A stretch of 37,621 nucleotides of DNA from Octopus bimaculoides (lineage: Eukaryota). Every line of letters begins with the position of its first letter. The first letter of the stretch is position 1. The position numbers were made by a program, and so were the translations under genes. Below the pieces are notes generated by a model that saw nothing but the letters and a program-made list of their open reading frames with translations, searched no databases and was not told where the DNA came from. Where the stretch lies: assembly GCF_001194135.2 (NCBI RefSeq), contig NC_068986.1, positions 18,344,546 to 18,382,166 on the forward strand. Direction: 5' to 3'. Below, one piece after another: positions 23,303 through 35,397 of the stretch.

Positions 23303-23714
23303 AAATACGTATGAACCGAAAAGGTTCCATTATAGTATAATACATTTATGAAAGCAAATACATGTGTCGAAAATCTATTCCCATTCTCCATCATGTATAT
23401 ATATATACATGTTTGTATATACTATGCCCTTCGTTCACTTTCTGTGTACGACGTCCACTCATGAGGCCAGAAAAGAAGACGCTTACTCTAGATGTCACGC
23501 AGTGGGAGTGAACCCAGAACCATGTGGTTGGGATGCAAGCTTCCTACTACAAAGCCATTCTCCCGCCTATATATGTTCGTGTATATATGATACCTATCTC
23601 TTACCAGGTCAAAAAGAAATACGTATGAACCGAAAAGGTTCCATTATAGTACAATACATAATACATTTATGAAAGCAAATACATGTGTCGAAAATCTATT
23701 CCCATTCTCCATCA
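23302..23714 (+). repeat. Near-identical direct repeat, 23302-23393 and 23616-23714
   Basis: 92 bp versus 99 bp, identical except a 7-bp CAATACA insertion in the second copy. Confidence 0.95.
23425..23570 (-). mobile_element. SINE family A 5' part, internally deleted
   Basis: GTCACGCAGTGGGAGTGAACCCAGAACCATGTGGTTGGGATGCAAGCTTCCTACTACAAAGCC matches the family A head. Confidence 0.8.
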
Positions 23715-24751
23715 GGCTTGGAGAAGAGATCCACATCAAACAATTAAATATAAAGCGCAGCTGTTAGTCAACCGTTCCTCCAAATATAAGCAATAATAAA
23801 AAATAAAATGGCGTTGTTTATAAGTATTTACCTGCCTTATGCTCTAAGGGATAATTTAGTTGACGCTCATATAAACAACGTTTGAAGTGGTGTGTTTTAC
23901 AATGTGGGAGATGTTTTCTTTACGTTCCTGTCATCACCATTCCCAAACAAATAAACAACGCCTCGCGATATATATATATATATATGTATGTATGTATGTA
24001 TATTATTAATATATTAATATATATATANNNNNNNNNNNNNNNNNNNNNNNNNNNNNNNNNNNNNNNNNNNNNNNNNNNNNNNNNNNNNNNNNNNNNNNNN
24101 NNNNNNNNNNNNNNNNNNNNNNNNNNNNNNNNNNNNNNNNNNNNNNNNNNNNNNNNNNNNNNNNNNNNNNNNNNNNNNNNNNNNNNNNNNNNNNNNNNNN
24201 NNNNNNNNNNNNNNNNNNNNNNNNNNNNNNNNNNNNNNNNNNNNNNNNNNNNNNNNNNNNNNNNNNNNNNNNNNNNNNNNNNNNNNNNNNNNNNNNNNNN
24301 NNNNNNNNNNNNNNNNNNNNNNNNNNNNNNNNNNNNNNNNNNNNNNNNNNNNNNNNNNNNNNNNNNNNNNNNNNNNNNNNNNNNNNNNNNNNNNNNNNNN
24401 NNNNNNNNNNNNNNNNNNNNNNNNNNNNNNNNNNNNNNNNNNNNNNNNNNNNNNNNNNNNNNNNNNNNNNNNNNNNNNNNNNNNNNNNNNNNNNNNNNNN
24501 NNNNNNNNNNNNNNNNNNNNNNNNNNNNNNNNNNNNNNNNNNNNNNNNNNNNNNNNNNNNNNNNNNNNNNNNNNNNNNNNNNNNNNNNNNNNNNNNNNNN
24601 NNNNNNNNNNNNNNNNNNNNNNNNNNNNNNNNNNNNNNNNNNNNNNNNNNNNNNNNNNNNNNNNNNNNNNNNNNNNNNNNNNNNNNNNNNNNNNNNNNNN
24701 NNNNNNNNNNNNNNNNNNNNNNNNNNNNNNNNNNNNNNNNNNNNNNNNNNN

Positions 24752-24842
<91 letters not shown>

Positions 24843-27266
24843 TATATTGTTAGAGAGACAGCGAGAGTGACGGGAGAGAGACAGACAGAGAAGCAGATAT
24901 AAACGTATATAATTTCCAAACATCATATTTCACCGCTTTAGAATCTGCGACACCCCGCGTTTTAAACGCATTTACCAGTTATTGATGTATTTATTATTGC
25001 AGTATCGAGGTAATAAAGATCACAAGCTACCAATAATATATGTGAGTCAGAAAGTACAATGTCAGATATATTTTTCCCTTAATATTGGCATTCTTGAATT
25101 TCAAAAGGCCATATTATATGCTAAAATATATTTCTTCTTTTAAGGTATGTGAAACATGCATCCATACTGTGTACCGCTGTCTTTTGCGTATTCTTTCTCA
25201 TTAGTTTTATTGATTTTTGATCATGTCAATATGTCACATTTATCAAAATATTGAAAAGTATTTACGATGAATTTTGGTATTATACGTAGATAAAATATAT
25301 GTATCTCTCATTGTGTTACTTTAAGTATAGCTACTGGAATGAGCAACAACATGGAAATTTATGGTATGTGAAAATAAGTATGTTATCTGCAATTCTAATA
25401 TTTCGTCTTGGAAAGGAGTTGTCTTTGAATGTATTTCCCTATTGTTTCACCTCGTCTGTGGAGCATGAACGTCATATTCCTCAAATACCTATGAATTTAG
25501 GGACAAATACAGATTAATTATTGTAAAGAAATAAGGGTAAAAAATAATATCATGGCCAATATAAAATAGCATTGGTTACGTATTAACAATTTAATTGTGT
25601 GAGCAAAAACAAGGTAAATTGCAGGGATAAGACAGAATTATCAAACTAAGAAGCTATATGTATTTACTTTGGAACGCTTTCCGTTTTGTTTAGCAATGAA
25701 GGATTATTTTAAATAATTCAAGTGTTAGACAACAGATCGTTAGCTGTTTCATTCTTTCGAGAATTAAAATGCTTGTTGACGCAAATGGAGAACTTGTATG
25801 TAACATTGCTGGTAAATATATATATTGTGCCTCAGCAAACGACACGACCAGATGCGAGTTTATAAATTAAATATCTTGTTGAAGAATAATGATATTTTTA
25901 AATCTATCAAACTTTCAAAACAGTCTCTATCTTACCGGCTCAAATACTTGTAGCTATTGGTATACTCCCTGTGAGTTGTAGTAGATCTCAAAGGGTAATC
26001 AGAATCGACATATTAGTGTACCACAGAATATCCTGAATTATAGCAAACTTGATATCGTACATGGCCAACAAATGAAACTATGAATAAACGTCTAATGTGA
26101 ATGTATGAAAAATCCATAACAAGAAAAAAAAAGACATTTATTTGTTCGAAATAATCAATATATATTTAACACAGTCATGTCTTGAACGCAATATAGGAGT
26201 TCCTACACATAAACACATGCACGCACACGGATTTATTAATGTATGCATACATTAATATGTTTATATTTACATATATCTGTAAACTTTGAAACTTTTTAAC
26301 GTCTCTTACATGAGAAATCGATTATTTTATAATACATCAAGGTGATGAAATAGCATCCGAACATTTAAATATATACCTGGATACATATTCATGTGTATTC
26401 GTGTATTCGTGAGTGTGAATGTGTGAGCATGTCTGTGTGCATCTGTACACGTGTGGGTGCGTAAATATTTTCTCTCTCTATGTGTGTATGTGTGCATATT
26501 TATCTACGCATGTGTCTGGATATGTTTCTTAATGTATGTTCCAGTTTTCAGGATTAGCAAATATCGGATTTCTTTGAATAAATAAGAGCCTATACAGTAT
26601 AAATACATTCGATGACAGAAAAAGTAATGCAAACACACAAGATTCTGTTATGATACCCGAGAGTATTTTTGGTGGAAGCATCTTCCGAAATGAAATGATC
26701 CATTCTTTTTGATTCCATGCTACTGATTTTCTGTTTGTGACTGGTGAACATAAATCACACAGATGATAATCATTAAGAGGAGTTGATCCTTAAACATTTC
26801 ATATTTCTGACGGATTCATGCTGTTTTCAATTGTGCTGTGTCGTCAAAATCATTCATTGCGTGACCAGATTTTGACCACAGGTCGTCAATCTTACAGGAG
26901 TTACACAACTGGAATGTTAATGCATTAATGTCTTTACACAATGATGTGTGCGGAACATTTAATAGCTATTTATTTGTTTTATTTTAACTGGGTTTCTAAT
27001 TAAATTAAGCAAACTGGAAAATGTAGCAGTAGTAGAAGCAAAAATATGAGGTGTATAATTGTCAATGCAAACATAGGATCGTCTTATAAACCGCACTTAG
27101 AGTATAGGATACACGTGTGGCATACATGTCGATGTTATCAAGGAGTACGACCATTAGAAGGTGCGAAGTAAAAACATCAATGTAAAAAGAAATTACCCCT
27201 GACGTGAAAAAAGATATATTTCACGCTGATACCAAAAAAGGAGAGAAATGAATATATGCATACATA

Positions 27267-27304
<38 letters not shown>

Positions 27305-27419
27305 GCATACATACATACATGCATGCATACATACATATATACATACACACTTATATATATATATATATGTATACACAAACACATATATATATAAATAAGT
27401 GTGTGTGTGTGAGCGCTTG

Positions 27420-27560
27420 TTTAAAGATGGTAGGAAGCTGCCTTCGCAACCACATGTTTCCGAGTTCACTCCCACTGGGTGATAAGTGAACATGTGTCTT
27501 CTACTATAGTCTCGGATCAACAAAACATTGTAAGTGGACTTGGTAGACGGAAGCTTGAAA
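27420..27560 (+). mobile_element. SINE family A 5' half
   Basis: GGTAGGAAGCTGCCTTCGCAACCACATG...GTGTCTTCTACTATAGTCTCGG...TTGGTAGACGGAAGC. Confidence 0.85.
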
Positions 27561-28130
27561 AATTCTAATGCAAACAAATACTATACTCCACCACTATTCT
27601 CACTGACTATTGAACTTCAACATAATTTAATCTCACTCCTAACACGTGGAAAGTAGGTATTATAAATCGACTATCTATAATTCGAAAAAAGATAAATGAC
27701 ACCACCTTCTCGCAAGACATCTGGTCACCAAAAGAAAATGGGATCATCTACAACATAGTGTGGAATACACTTTCTTTCTCCAAAAAGGGCTTTGGTTAAT
27801 ATAAGCTTTTTGCTGTTCTACAGTATTAGATATCTTTAAATCTTAACCTACTCTTAATATCTTGACAAACATTGAAATATGATCTGCATATTATCCCCCA
27901 AAGCTATAAATCATTTGAATACTTCAAAGCACAGATTTCACCAGTGAAATTCTGCAAGCAATACAGGTATTTATTGGCAATATGCATAAATGTTTATGTG
28001 CATGGACGTGTGTGTTTGTGTGTGTCTGTGCGTGAGTGTATGTGTAGAACTATATCATAAGAGAATACGATGGATATAGTTATCTACGTATGTATTTAGC
28101 AATAAATAGCTGCACCTATAGTTTTTATAT

Positions 28131-28336
28131 AGCGGAATCGTTAGCACGCCGGGCAAACTGCTTAGCGGTGTTTCGTCTGCCGTTATGTACAAAGTTCAAA
28201 TTCCGCCGAGATCGACTTTGCCTTTCATCTTTTCGAGGTCGATGAAATAAGTACCAGTTACGCACTGGGATCGATGTAATCGGCTAGTCCCCTTCCCGCA
28301 AAAGTTTTACAAGGCCTTGTTCTAAAAGGAGAAATA
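28131..28336 (+). mobile_element. SINE family B
   Basis: GAATCGTTAGCACGCCGGGC...GTTCAAATTCCGCCGAGATCGACTTTGCCTTTCATC...AGTACCAGTTACGCACTGGGATCGATGTAATCG. Confidence 0.9.
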
Positions 28337-29244
28337 GACAAAGCAGTCTGCACACTATTTACATGAAGAAGAAGAAAACAACAATAATAAGAAGAAAAAC
28401 AACAACAAGATGAGGACAAACATCCATCAATTGTAGATAGTGTAAATAATGTATATAATTCCTCATCTCTTAAATATAGAACTGCAAAGCAGCGTTAGAG
28501 CTTCTACGTCGTTGCTCGACTACCAGTAATCTATAAACAAAACAGCGACAATCTATCCCCAAACACTTAAAAGCCTGACAAAATGAGTGTGATGGGTATT
28601 GTTTACTGCGTTTCGGAAAAGGAAGGAACACATTTCATCATATAGTCTACTGAATAAGATAAAGCAAAGGTCTAAAAGTACAACTCGAAACACATATTTT
28701 TGTAAAACATATTCTAGAAATGTCATTCAGAATGAGAAACATTGTTTTGTTTTCATAGATTAACCATTAACTGCCAATTTTATATATTCATATGTTTTGG
28801 CTTGCCAAGTGTCTTAGGAATCAAAATAATATATAGTATTTAAATTTCTTTCATATGTGATTTATTTTGGAAATCATGACAAATTGTTCGAACAGTCCCA
28901 AACGGCGATCGCTAAAAAAAGCAGATTTATCCTTTTGTATTCAATTTCAATAATAAACATCTTAGTTTATTTGTAACTAGAGTATCAAATGCGAATGTAT
29001 ATGAAATATCAATGACAGATATGAATGGGAAATGCAAAAAAAAAAAAAAAAAAAAAAAATTCGAGCAATAAAGACAAATTTTAACTACTTAGTATTGTTA
29101 AATACACCTCTGCAAATGCAATGTACATAAGCGTTTCACTTTAAATACAAGGAACAACCGACAGTGAGACTGTTTTAACAGAAGCCCAAATGGGGCTCAC
29201 GGCAGTCAATGGCTTAATTTTGAATCATATTTAATAATCTTTTA

Positions 29245-29608
29245 TCTTTTACTTGTGTCAGTTATTAAACTACGGCCATAATGGTGCACCGATTTCAGGA
29301 AGTTTTCTTCGAACGGATCGAACCTAGTACTTCTTCTCTTTCAACTCTGATACTTATTCTACAGTTCTCTTTTACCGAGACGCTAAGTCACATGGGGGTG
29401 GCGTAAACAAAAGAAGGGAATAGCGGCACACACACACACACACACATGCATATACACGCTTTTTCAGTTTCTGTGTACCAAATCGACTTGCAAAGATTGA
29501 GGCGGCCCGAGGCTATAGTAGAAGACATGTATCCAAGTTGCCATGCACTGGGACTGAACTCATAACCCTGTAGTTGTGGAAAGAAAGCTCTACCCACACA
29601 GCCACGCA
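29245..29608 (-). mobile_element. SINE family A, near full length
   Basis: Tail at 29245-29430, CA microsatellite, then GGCCCGAGGCTATAGTAGAAGACA...GGGACTGAAC...CCACACAGCCACGC head. Confidence 0.85.
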
Positions 29609-29656
29609 GAAATTTTTATCCAACCCCGATATCGTCTCAATACTTTTCTTTGCTGC

Positions 29657-30168
29657 TATCAGTGATTTAATCTCTATCTCGCAACGGCAATATGTGCTAC
29701 GCATTTAATGAATGGCGATATGCATGAAATTAGCCTCGAAATAGTTTGTTTTTCTATGATTTTAGCTTTCTGTCATTTATTTTCAGAACGTTTATGTATA
29801 TTTGATTGGGTCTCTGTGCATATCTGCCTAAGCGTGCATGTGTATATATATATATATATGGGAGAATGTACGAAAAAACAACAACAGACGAGGACAGGTG
29901 GTGCAAATAACAAAAGGATGTATTAGTATGACGCTCGGGAATCCGGAAAGTCTTTGACGTTTCGAGCTACGCTCTTCAACAGAAAGAATACGGAGACAAG
30001 GAGAAAAATACGGACAAAAAAAATTGAATAGTGTTCAGTCAATAGTGTTCATACACACATATATATATATATATATATATATCAGTGATTTAATCTCTAT
30101 GTCGCAACGGCAATATGTGCTACGCATTTAATGAATGGCGATATGCATGAAATTAGCCTCGAAATAGT
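29657..30168 (+). repeat. 89-bp direct repeat, 29657-29745 and 30080-30168
   Basis: Identical except one C/G substitution (TATCTCGC versus TATGTCGC). Confidence 0.95.
29875..30050 (-). mobile_element. PLE-like terminal repeat with minimal hammerhead-like motif (29951-29987)
   Basis: Minus strand reads TCTTT CTGTTGA A GAGC GTA GCTC GAAA CGT C AAAGA; homologous to 15815-15935. Confidence 0.7.
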
Positions 30169-30622
30169 ATAGCAATAAGAAAATAGAGGGGAATATGAAG
30201 TACTCATCAACTTGCAGACACTTTATTCCGTTGATTAATCTGTTTATTTTATAATTAAATTGACAAAAAACGCACGATACAGACACTTATTACATACCAT
30301 GTCATATCAGCAATTAAGATCTCAAATTTATAGGACATTGAGCAATTGGAGTAGGGACGAAATCTTATAGATGTTTCGGCATAGCGTTCGCAAGCCCCAT
30401 TCTATCTCTATAGCTCCCGTACGCTGGAGTAATTAGTAGATGAAAATGACTTAATGGGGCTACATGCATGATTCGCTAGACCTCTTCAGAGATTTACAAA
30501 ATTCAATATATATATATATATATATANNNNNNNNNNNNNNNNNNNNNNNNNNNNNNNNNNNNNNNNNNNNNNNNNNNNNNNNNNNNNNNNNNNNNNNNNN
30601 NNNNNNATATGCGTGTGTGTGT

Positions 30623-30661
<39 letters not shown>

Positions 30662-32620
30662 TGTGTGTGTGTGTGTGTATTTTGTACACTTTTCTATGTA
30701 TCAGAATTTTCAGGAGTATGAAGAAGTGTTTCTAATTACTAAGTCTCCCTCAGTAGACTTTGGACCACAACAACTAGGATTGTCAGATATCGACAATAAG
30801 GAATACGCTGGGCATTTTTACTATTCTGTTTACTGAGAGTAACGATAAATTTTATATTAGGCTGTTGCTATCAAAGCCTGTAGATCCTAGCTTTCCTAGT
30901 TTGCCATTTTGGCTCGTAATAACATAAACAAGTGCGCCAAAGATATAACAGAAAATGTATATGTGTATATATAGGTATGAGAACATATGTGTATTTGTGA
31001 GTATTTCCTTCAAGACTAGACGTTGTAAAAACGACATTTTAAAAGCAGCTGTACAGGCGTAACAATTTCTCAAGTTTGAAAACACGTGCGAATTGTCTAC
31101 GACTAGACAAATGGAAGCAGTGAAAATGATAATATACTTACAAGTACATACACACACAAGCATATTTTTATGCATACACACGCCTATATATTCGTATAAA
31201 TCTATATGTATATATGTACATATATATACGTATATGTATGTGTCTGCGTTTGTGTATGTATACATGGATGTATATATGTAGATATATATATAGATGTGAG
31301 TGTGCGTGCGTGTGCTATGTATATATATATACGCGTATATACATGTGTGCAGCTATGTCTGTGTGTGTATATATANNNNNNNNNNNNNNNNNNNNNNNNN
31401 NNNNNNNNNNNNNNNNNNNNNNNNNNNNNNNNNNNNNNNNNNNNNNNNNNNNNNNNNNNNNNNNNNNNNNNNNNNNNNNNNNNNNNNNNNNNNNNNNNNN
31501 NNNNNNNNNNNNNNNNNNNNNNNNNNNNNNNNNNNNNNNNNNNNNNNNNNNNNNNNNNNNNNNNNNNNNNNNNNNNNNNNNNNNNNNNNNNNNNNNNNNN
31601 NNNNNNNNNNNNNNNNNNNNNNNNNNNNNNNNNNNNNNNNNNNNNNNNNNNNNNNNNNNNNNNNNNNNNNNNNNNNNNNNNNNNNNNNNNNNNNNNNNNN
31701 NNNNNNNNNNNNNNNNNATATGTATATATATATATACACTCATACCTACTTTAATGTATATGTACATGAAAGAATGTATATCGATACTGACATTAATGCG
31801 TACATATATTTGTGTGTCTGTCTGTGTCTGTGTGTTTGTGTGTGTCTCCGTGAGTGCGTATATATGTATAATCCAACTAAAAGAAGAGCGCCATCTTAAG
31901 AACACCAAGATCAAATGCTGCGACTGAGTAGACTAAATGTCTTTTTGGTAAAAAGTGATGGTTTAAAGATAGTGAGTAAATGTTATAAAAACAAAACATA
32001 GGTCCTGCACTATACGTAAATACTATAACCGCAAAAGACAATAAGAAAAAAAAGAACGTGCTTATCTTCAGAAACCCAATTACCACCACTATTCCAATGA
32101 TCGTTTGAAAGTCTCGCAACAAGAGGGTGTAGAAAAATATGCACTGACATTCGACAGGCTACAAATAACAACAAAATGTCCTTAAAATCAAACGATAGCT
32201 TTTATGAATAAATAAGCATACGTTTGTTTCTCTTTATATTGCTGCCGGAGAAGGATTGTTGCTAGCTTTGGTAAACTTAAGTAATTTTTTCTCGATCTTT
32301 TATTGCATCTGAGCAACGACGTTGTATCATCAAGATCAAATAACGTAAGAAATAAAAGATACAAAGCAACATATGCAGCGCGAGCAACAGTGGCAAGAAC
32401 AATATTCTTCACTAGTTACCTCTATTATTATAGCGAGAATAATAGAAGGTAATGTAGAATTAAGGAAAAACTAAGCATTTTATATAAAGATAATATACTT
32501 GTACAATACATAAACATAGCTGCCAAGAAATTGGTGCAGTGGTTTTCTTTCTTACAGGTGACATGAGCCGAGCGATGAACTGTGCTATCAACATACATGT
32601 AATTGTAGTTATGTGGATAT

Positions 32621-33608
32621 TAGAGTGGCCTTTATTTTTCAGCTTTCTAACAGGTTTCCTCCCCCCCGCCCCATCTTGTTCCAATTAACGAAAAAAGAAT
32701 CTATGTAAAAGTTTAGCTCAATCGAACAAATGCAAGACACCCGCCACCGGTCATAAATACACAGGTGAAGAATAGGAAGAAGAAAAATCAACTGAGGAGG
32801 TACATTCTGCACCAAAATGATTTTTCTTCCTCTACAAGCATCGAGTTTTCGTGTTTTGTAACTCCTGGCACAAAAACTTTCTTCACGAAATTTTCCATAA
32901 GCACGGACTTCGTTGACAGAGACCCTTCAACGTGGAAGGATAATCCTAGTTTCAAAAGTGGATTTGAAAAACTTCAGAAGACAGTTGTTGTGAATAATGT
33001 TTTAGAAAGAGGTGGGTGTCAAACTCATTCAAGATTACAATAACATTCTCACAAAAGATAAAACTGAGAAAGAATTTGTTTTACAGATCTTTATCGAAAA
33101 CTGTAAAACATACCCGACTGTCACTAAATCCTCTCTTATGCAAAGATAATGTCAATATTCAGTGTTCGGTGTTCACATTATGATTTTGGTTGCATAGAAA
33201 TTATTCTTATATAAAAAATGCGTTTCTCTTATAGACGTTTTGTGCTTTATTAAGACAACCTGGTATTTAAGTATTTTATCTCATTTCAGGGATTTTCCAA
33301 ATGAGCTACTGGCAAATTTGATTCAGAACGTTTTTACATATCTGTCGGGGTTGCCTGCATGAGTCCACATAAATTTCCCTAAGAAGAAAAAAGAAGGTGG
33401 TCGAGAATTGCAGCAGTATACCGCTCTTGAACCGAATTAATCGATGCGTGTACTGTTCCAAATTCAAAGCGCTTGAGTGTCGCTTAGCAGTTGTCCGATT
33501 AAGGCGAAATGTTTGCAGCGTTATTTTGTTTATTGAAATACGATTATGGGCTGGGAGCAGCAAAAGTGTAACTTTCGAAAAAAAAAACTATTTGTAAGGG
33601 CCACTCTA
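32621..33608 (+). mobile_element. Internally deleted hAT (hATm-like) DNA transposon, both ends present
   Basis: TIRs TAGAGTGGCCTTTA (32621) and reverse-complement TAGAGTGGCCCTTA (ends 33608); flanks GTGGATAT (32613-32620) and GTGTATAT (33609-33616) form an 8-bp TSD with one mismatch. Confidence 0.88.
32790..33149 (+). pseudogene. hAT-type transposase C-terminal remnant
   Basis: FVTPGTKTFFTKFSISTDFVDRDPSTWKDNPSFKSGFEKLQKTVVVNNVLERG, 4-nt duplication frameshift near 33011-33017, then GVKLIQDYNNILTKDKTEKEFVLQIFIENCKTYPTVTKSSLMQR*. Resembles the VVND.AERGVKL.QDY C-terminus of hATm-type transposases. Confidence 0.85.
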
Positions 33609-35316
33609 GTGTATATGCATGTTTGTATATGTGTATAACATAGGAGTACGTAGTACATTTTAATACGTAATGTACTACGGTACATTACGTATTAAACTGT
33701 TTTAATCGGCAGAAGATTATACATATGATGCGGAATATGAACGTAAATGAATTAATTAAAAAGTCTCTATCTGATCTGATATAAACGAAATTGTTACAAA
33801 CACACATACTTACATATAAGCACGAACACATAAGTGCGTGCACACATATGAGCGTGCACACATACGAGCTTGCACACACTCACATGTTCATACCAAACAG
33901 TTTCGGAACAACGCCAAAACAACGCCAGATCATATATTCAAAATAAATGGAAGTGGAGAGACAAGTTACTGAAGAGATTGCAAGAGTGCAATGAAATAAT
34001 TTAACAAAAAACTATATAGATTAATAAAGGACTGAACCAGTGCGTGTGTTTATTACCGGCATAATGCCTCTCCCAAGGTTTAATTGTATTATACAAGAGA
34101 ATTAACTACAAATGCTTTCTCCAAAACAAGCCACCAAATGCGATGCCTGAATCACCCTATGTCAAGAATACGTGATGGCACCCCTCGGGCTTACAAGCCT
34201 TAAAATAGATGCAAATATAGAACCCCTAATTTCATTTGGCAAATTAAATTCCTCAACCCGGCAAATACAGCATCACAGTAATTTGGTTTCCCTTTAAGTG
34301 CACTAAGTATTTAATCACGCTGCAACTGTTAACCTTCTATCTCTCTCATGAGAGAGCCGCACCAGTGTTGCACTCCCCTGTAGCTTTACACGCGAACACA
34401 TACACACACACACAAACACATATACGCACACACTCGCACACGCATTCTCACACGCACCGAATGACACATAGAGTTATAGACAGGCATCTAAAGAAAAGCC
34501 ATACGACAGAAAGATAGAGCCATCGATTTATCACGTTATCTTAACTCTGTTTGATATCTTCGCACATTCGCTGTATCTGAAATACCTTAACATCTGCAGT
34601 AGTGAAAAGAAATAGACGTGTTATTTCTCTTTTTTCTTTTCTCGTCTTCACATTCACACGTTAAATGATCATTAATATATATCTCTAGAATACCGGCATC
34701 GAAACACAGAAAACATAAACCTCAATGTTATCTACTAAATCAATATTGTTCTTAAACAGACAAATAACAGCCACCAGATAAATAGAGAAATTTTAAAAGA
34801 ATGTATATATATATGTATATTACCCCTTCTCCCGTCATTATAAATGAGAATAGAAAACAGTCTGCGCCTACATATAATTGTTTTCTTATTTTTCTCTTCT
34901 GCATGAATTTGGTCAAGTTTAAAATGTTTCAAGTCATTTTATTTTATGAAACTTAGAAATTTGTGAGCGCTATATTAAAATTGCACATCCTATCCAAAGT
35001 ACCATCCATCTGTATGGATGATCCCTCCTGAGTTCGATCAATAAAGAAGACAATTTTCAAAGGAATAAAAGGAATAAATTACAAAGTCGGATATATCGAA
35101 CGAACACGCCACTCCTTCAAAGACTCTCATCGATAACAGATTTTCATTTTCTTTCCAGAAGTATATAAACAACACTAAATCTCACCACATCATACACATC
35201 AAACTGTTAATCCACAAACAACTCGACACAGTGAGCATGCATTACTATGCAGTAATACACAAACCCCAAATTCTTGCTCAGTAATCTACAAATGCGGCAA
35301 TCCACTATAAACATGT

Positions 35317-35397
35317 CATATGGAACTTAGAGAAACATATGGAACTTATAGAAACATATGGAACTTATAGAAACATGTGGAACTTATAGAAACATAT
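35317..35397. repeat. 19-bp minisatellite, about 4.3 copies
   Basis: Unit CATATGGAACTTATAGAAA at 35317, 35336, 35355 and 35374, with single substitutions in two copies. Confidence 0.95.

Noticed and set aside
26600-26960. Several short minus-strand frames (e.g. LCNSCKIDDLWSKSGHAMNDFDDTAQLKTA*)
   Set aside because: All under 50 aa, in different frames, with no recognisable family.
27690-27800. SQDIWSPKENGIIYNIVWN as a Tc1/maT WPPNSPDLNP-like motif
   Set aside because: Too few matching residues and no TIR.
32460-32620. Apparent inverted hATm ARWM-like fragment
   Set aside because: Lies outside the TIR/TSD boundary and the match is weak on either strand.
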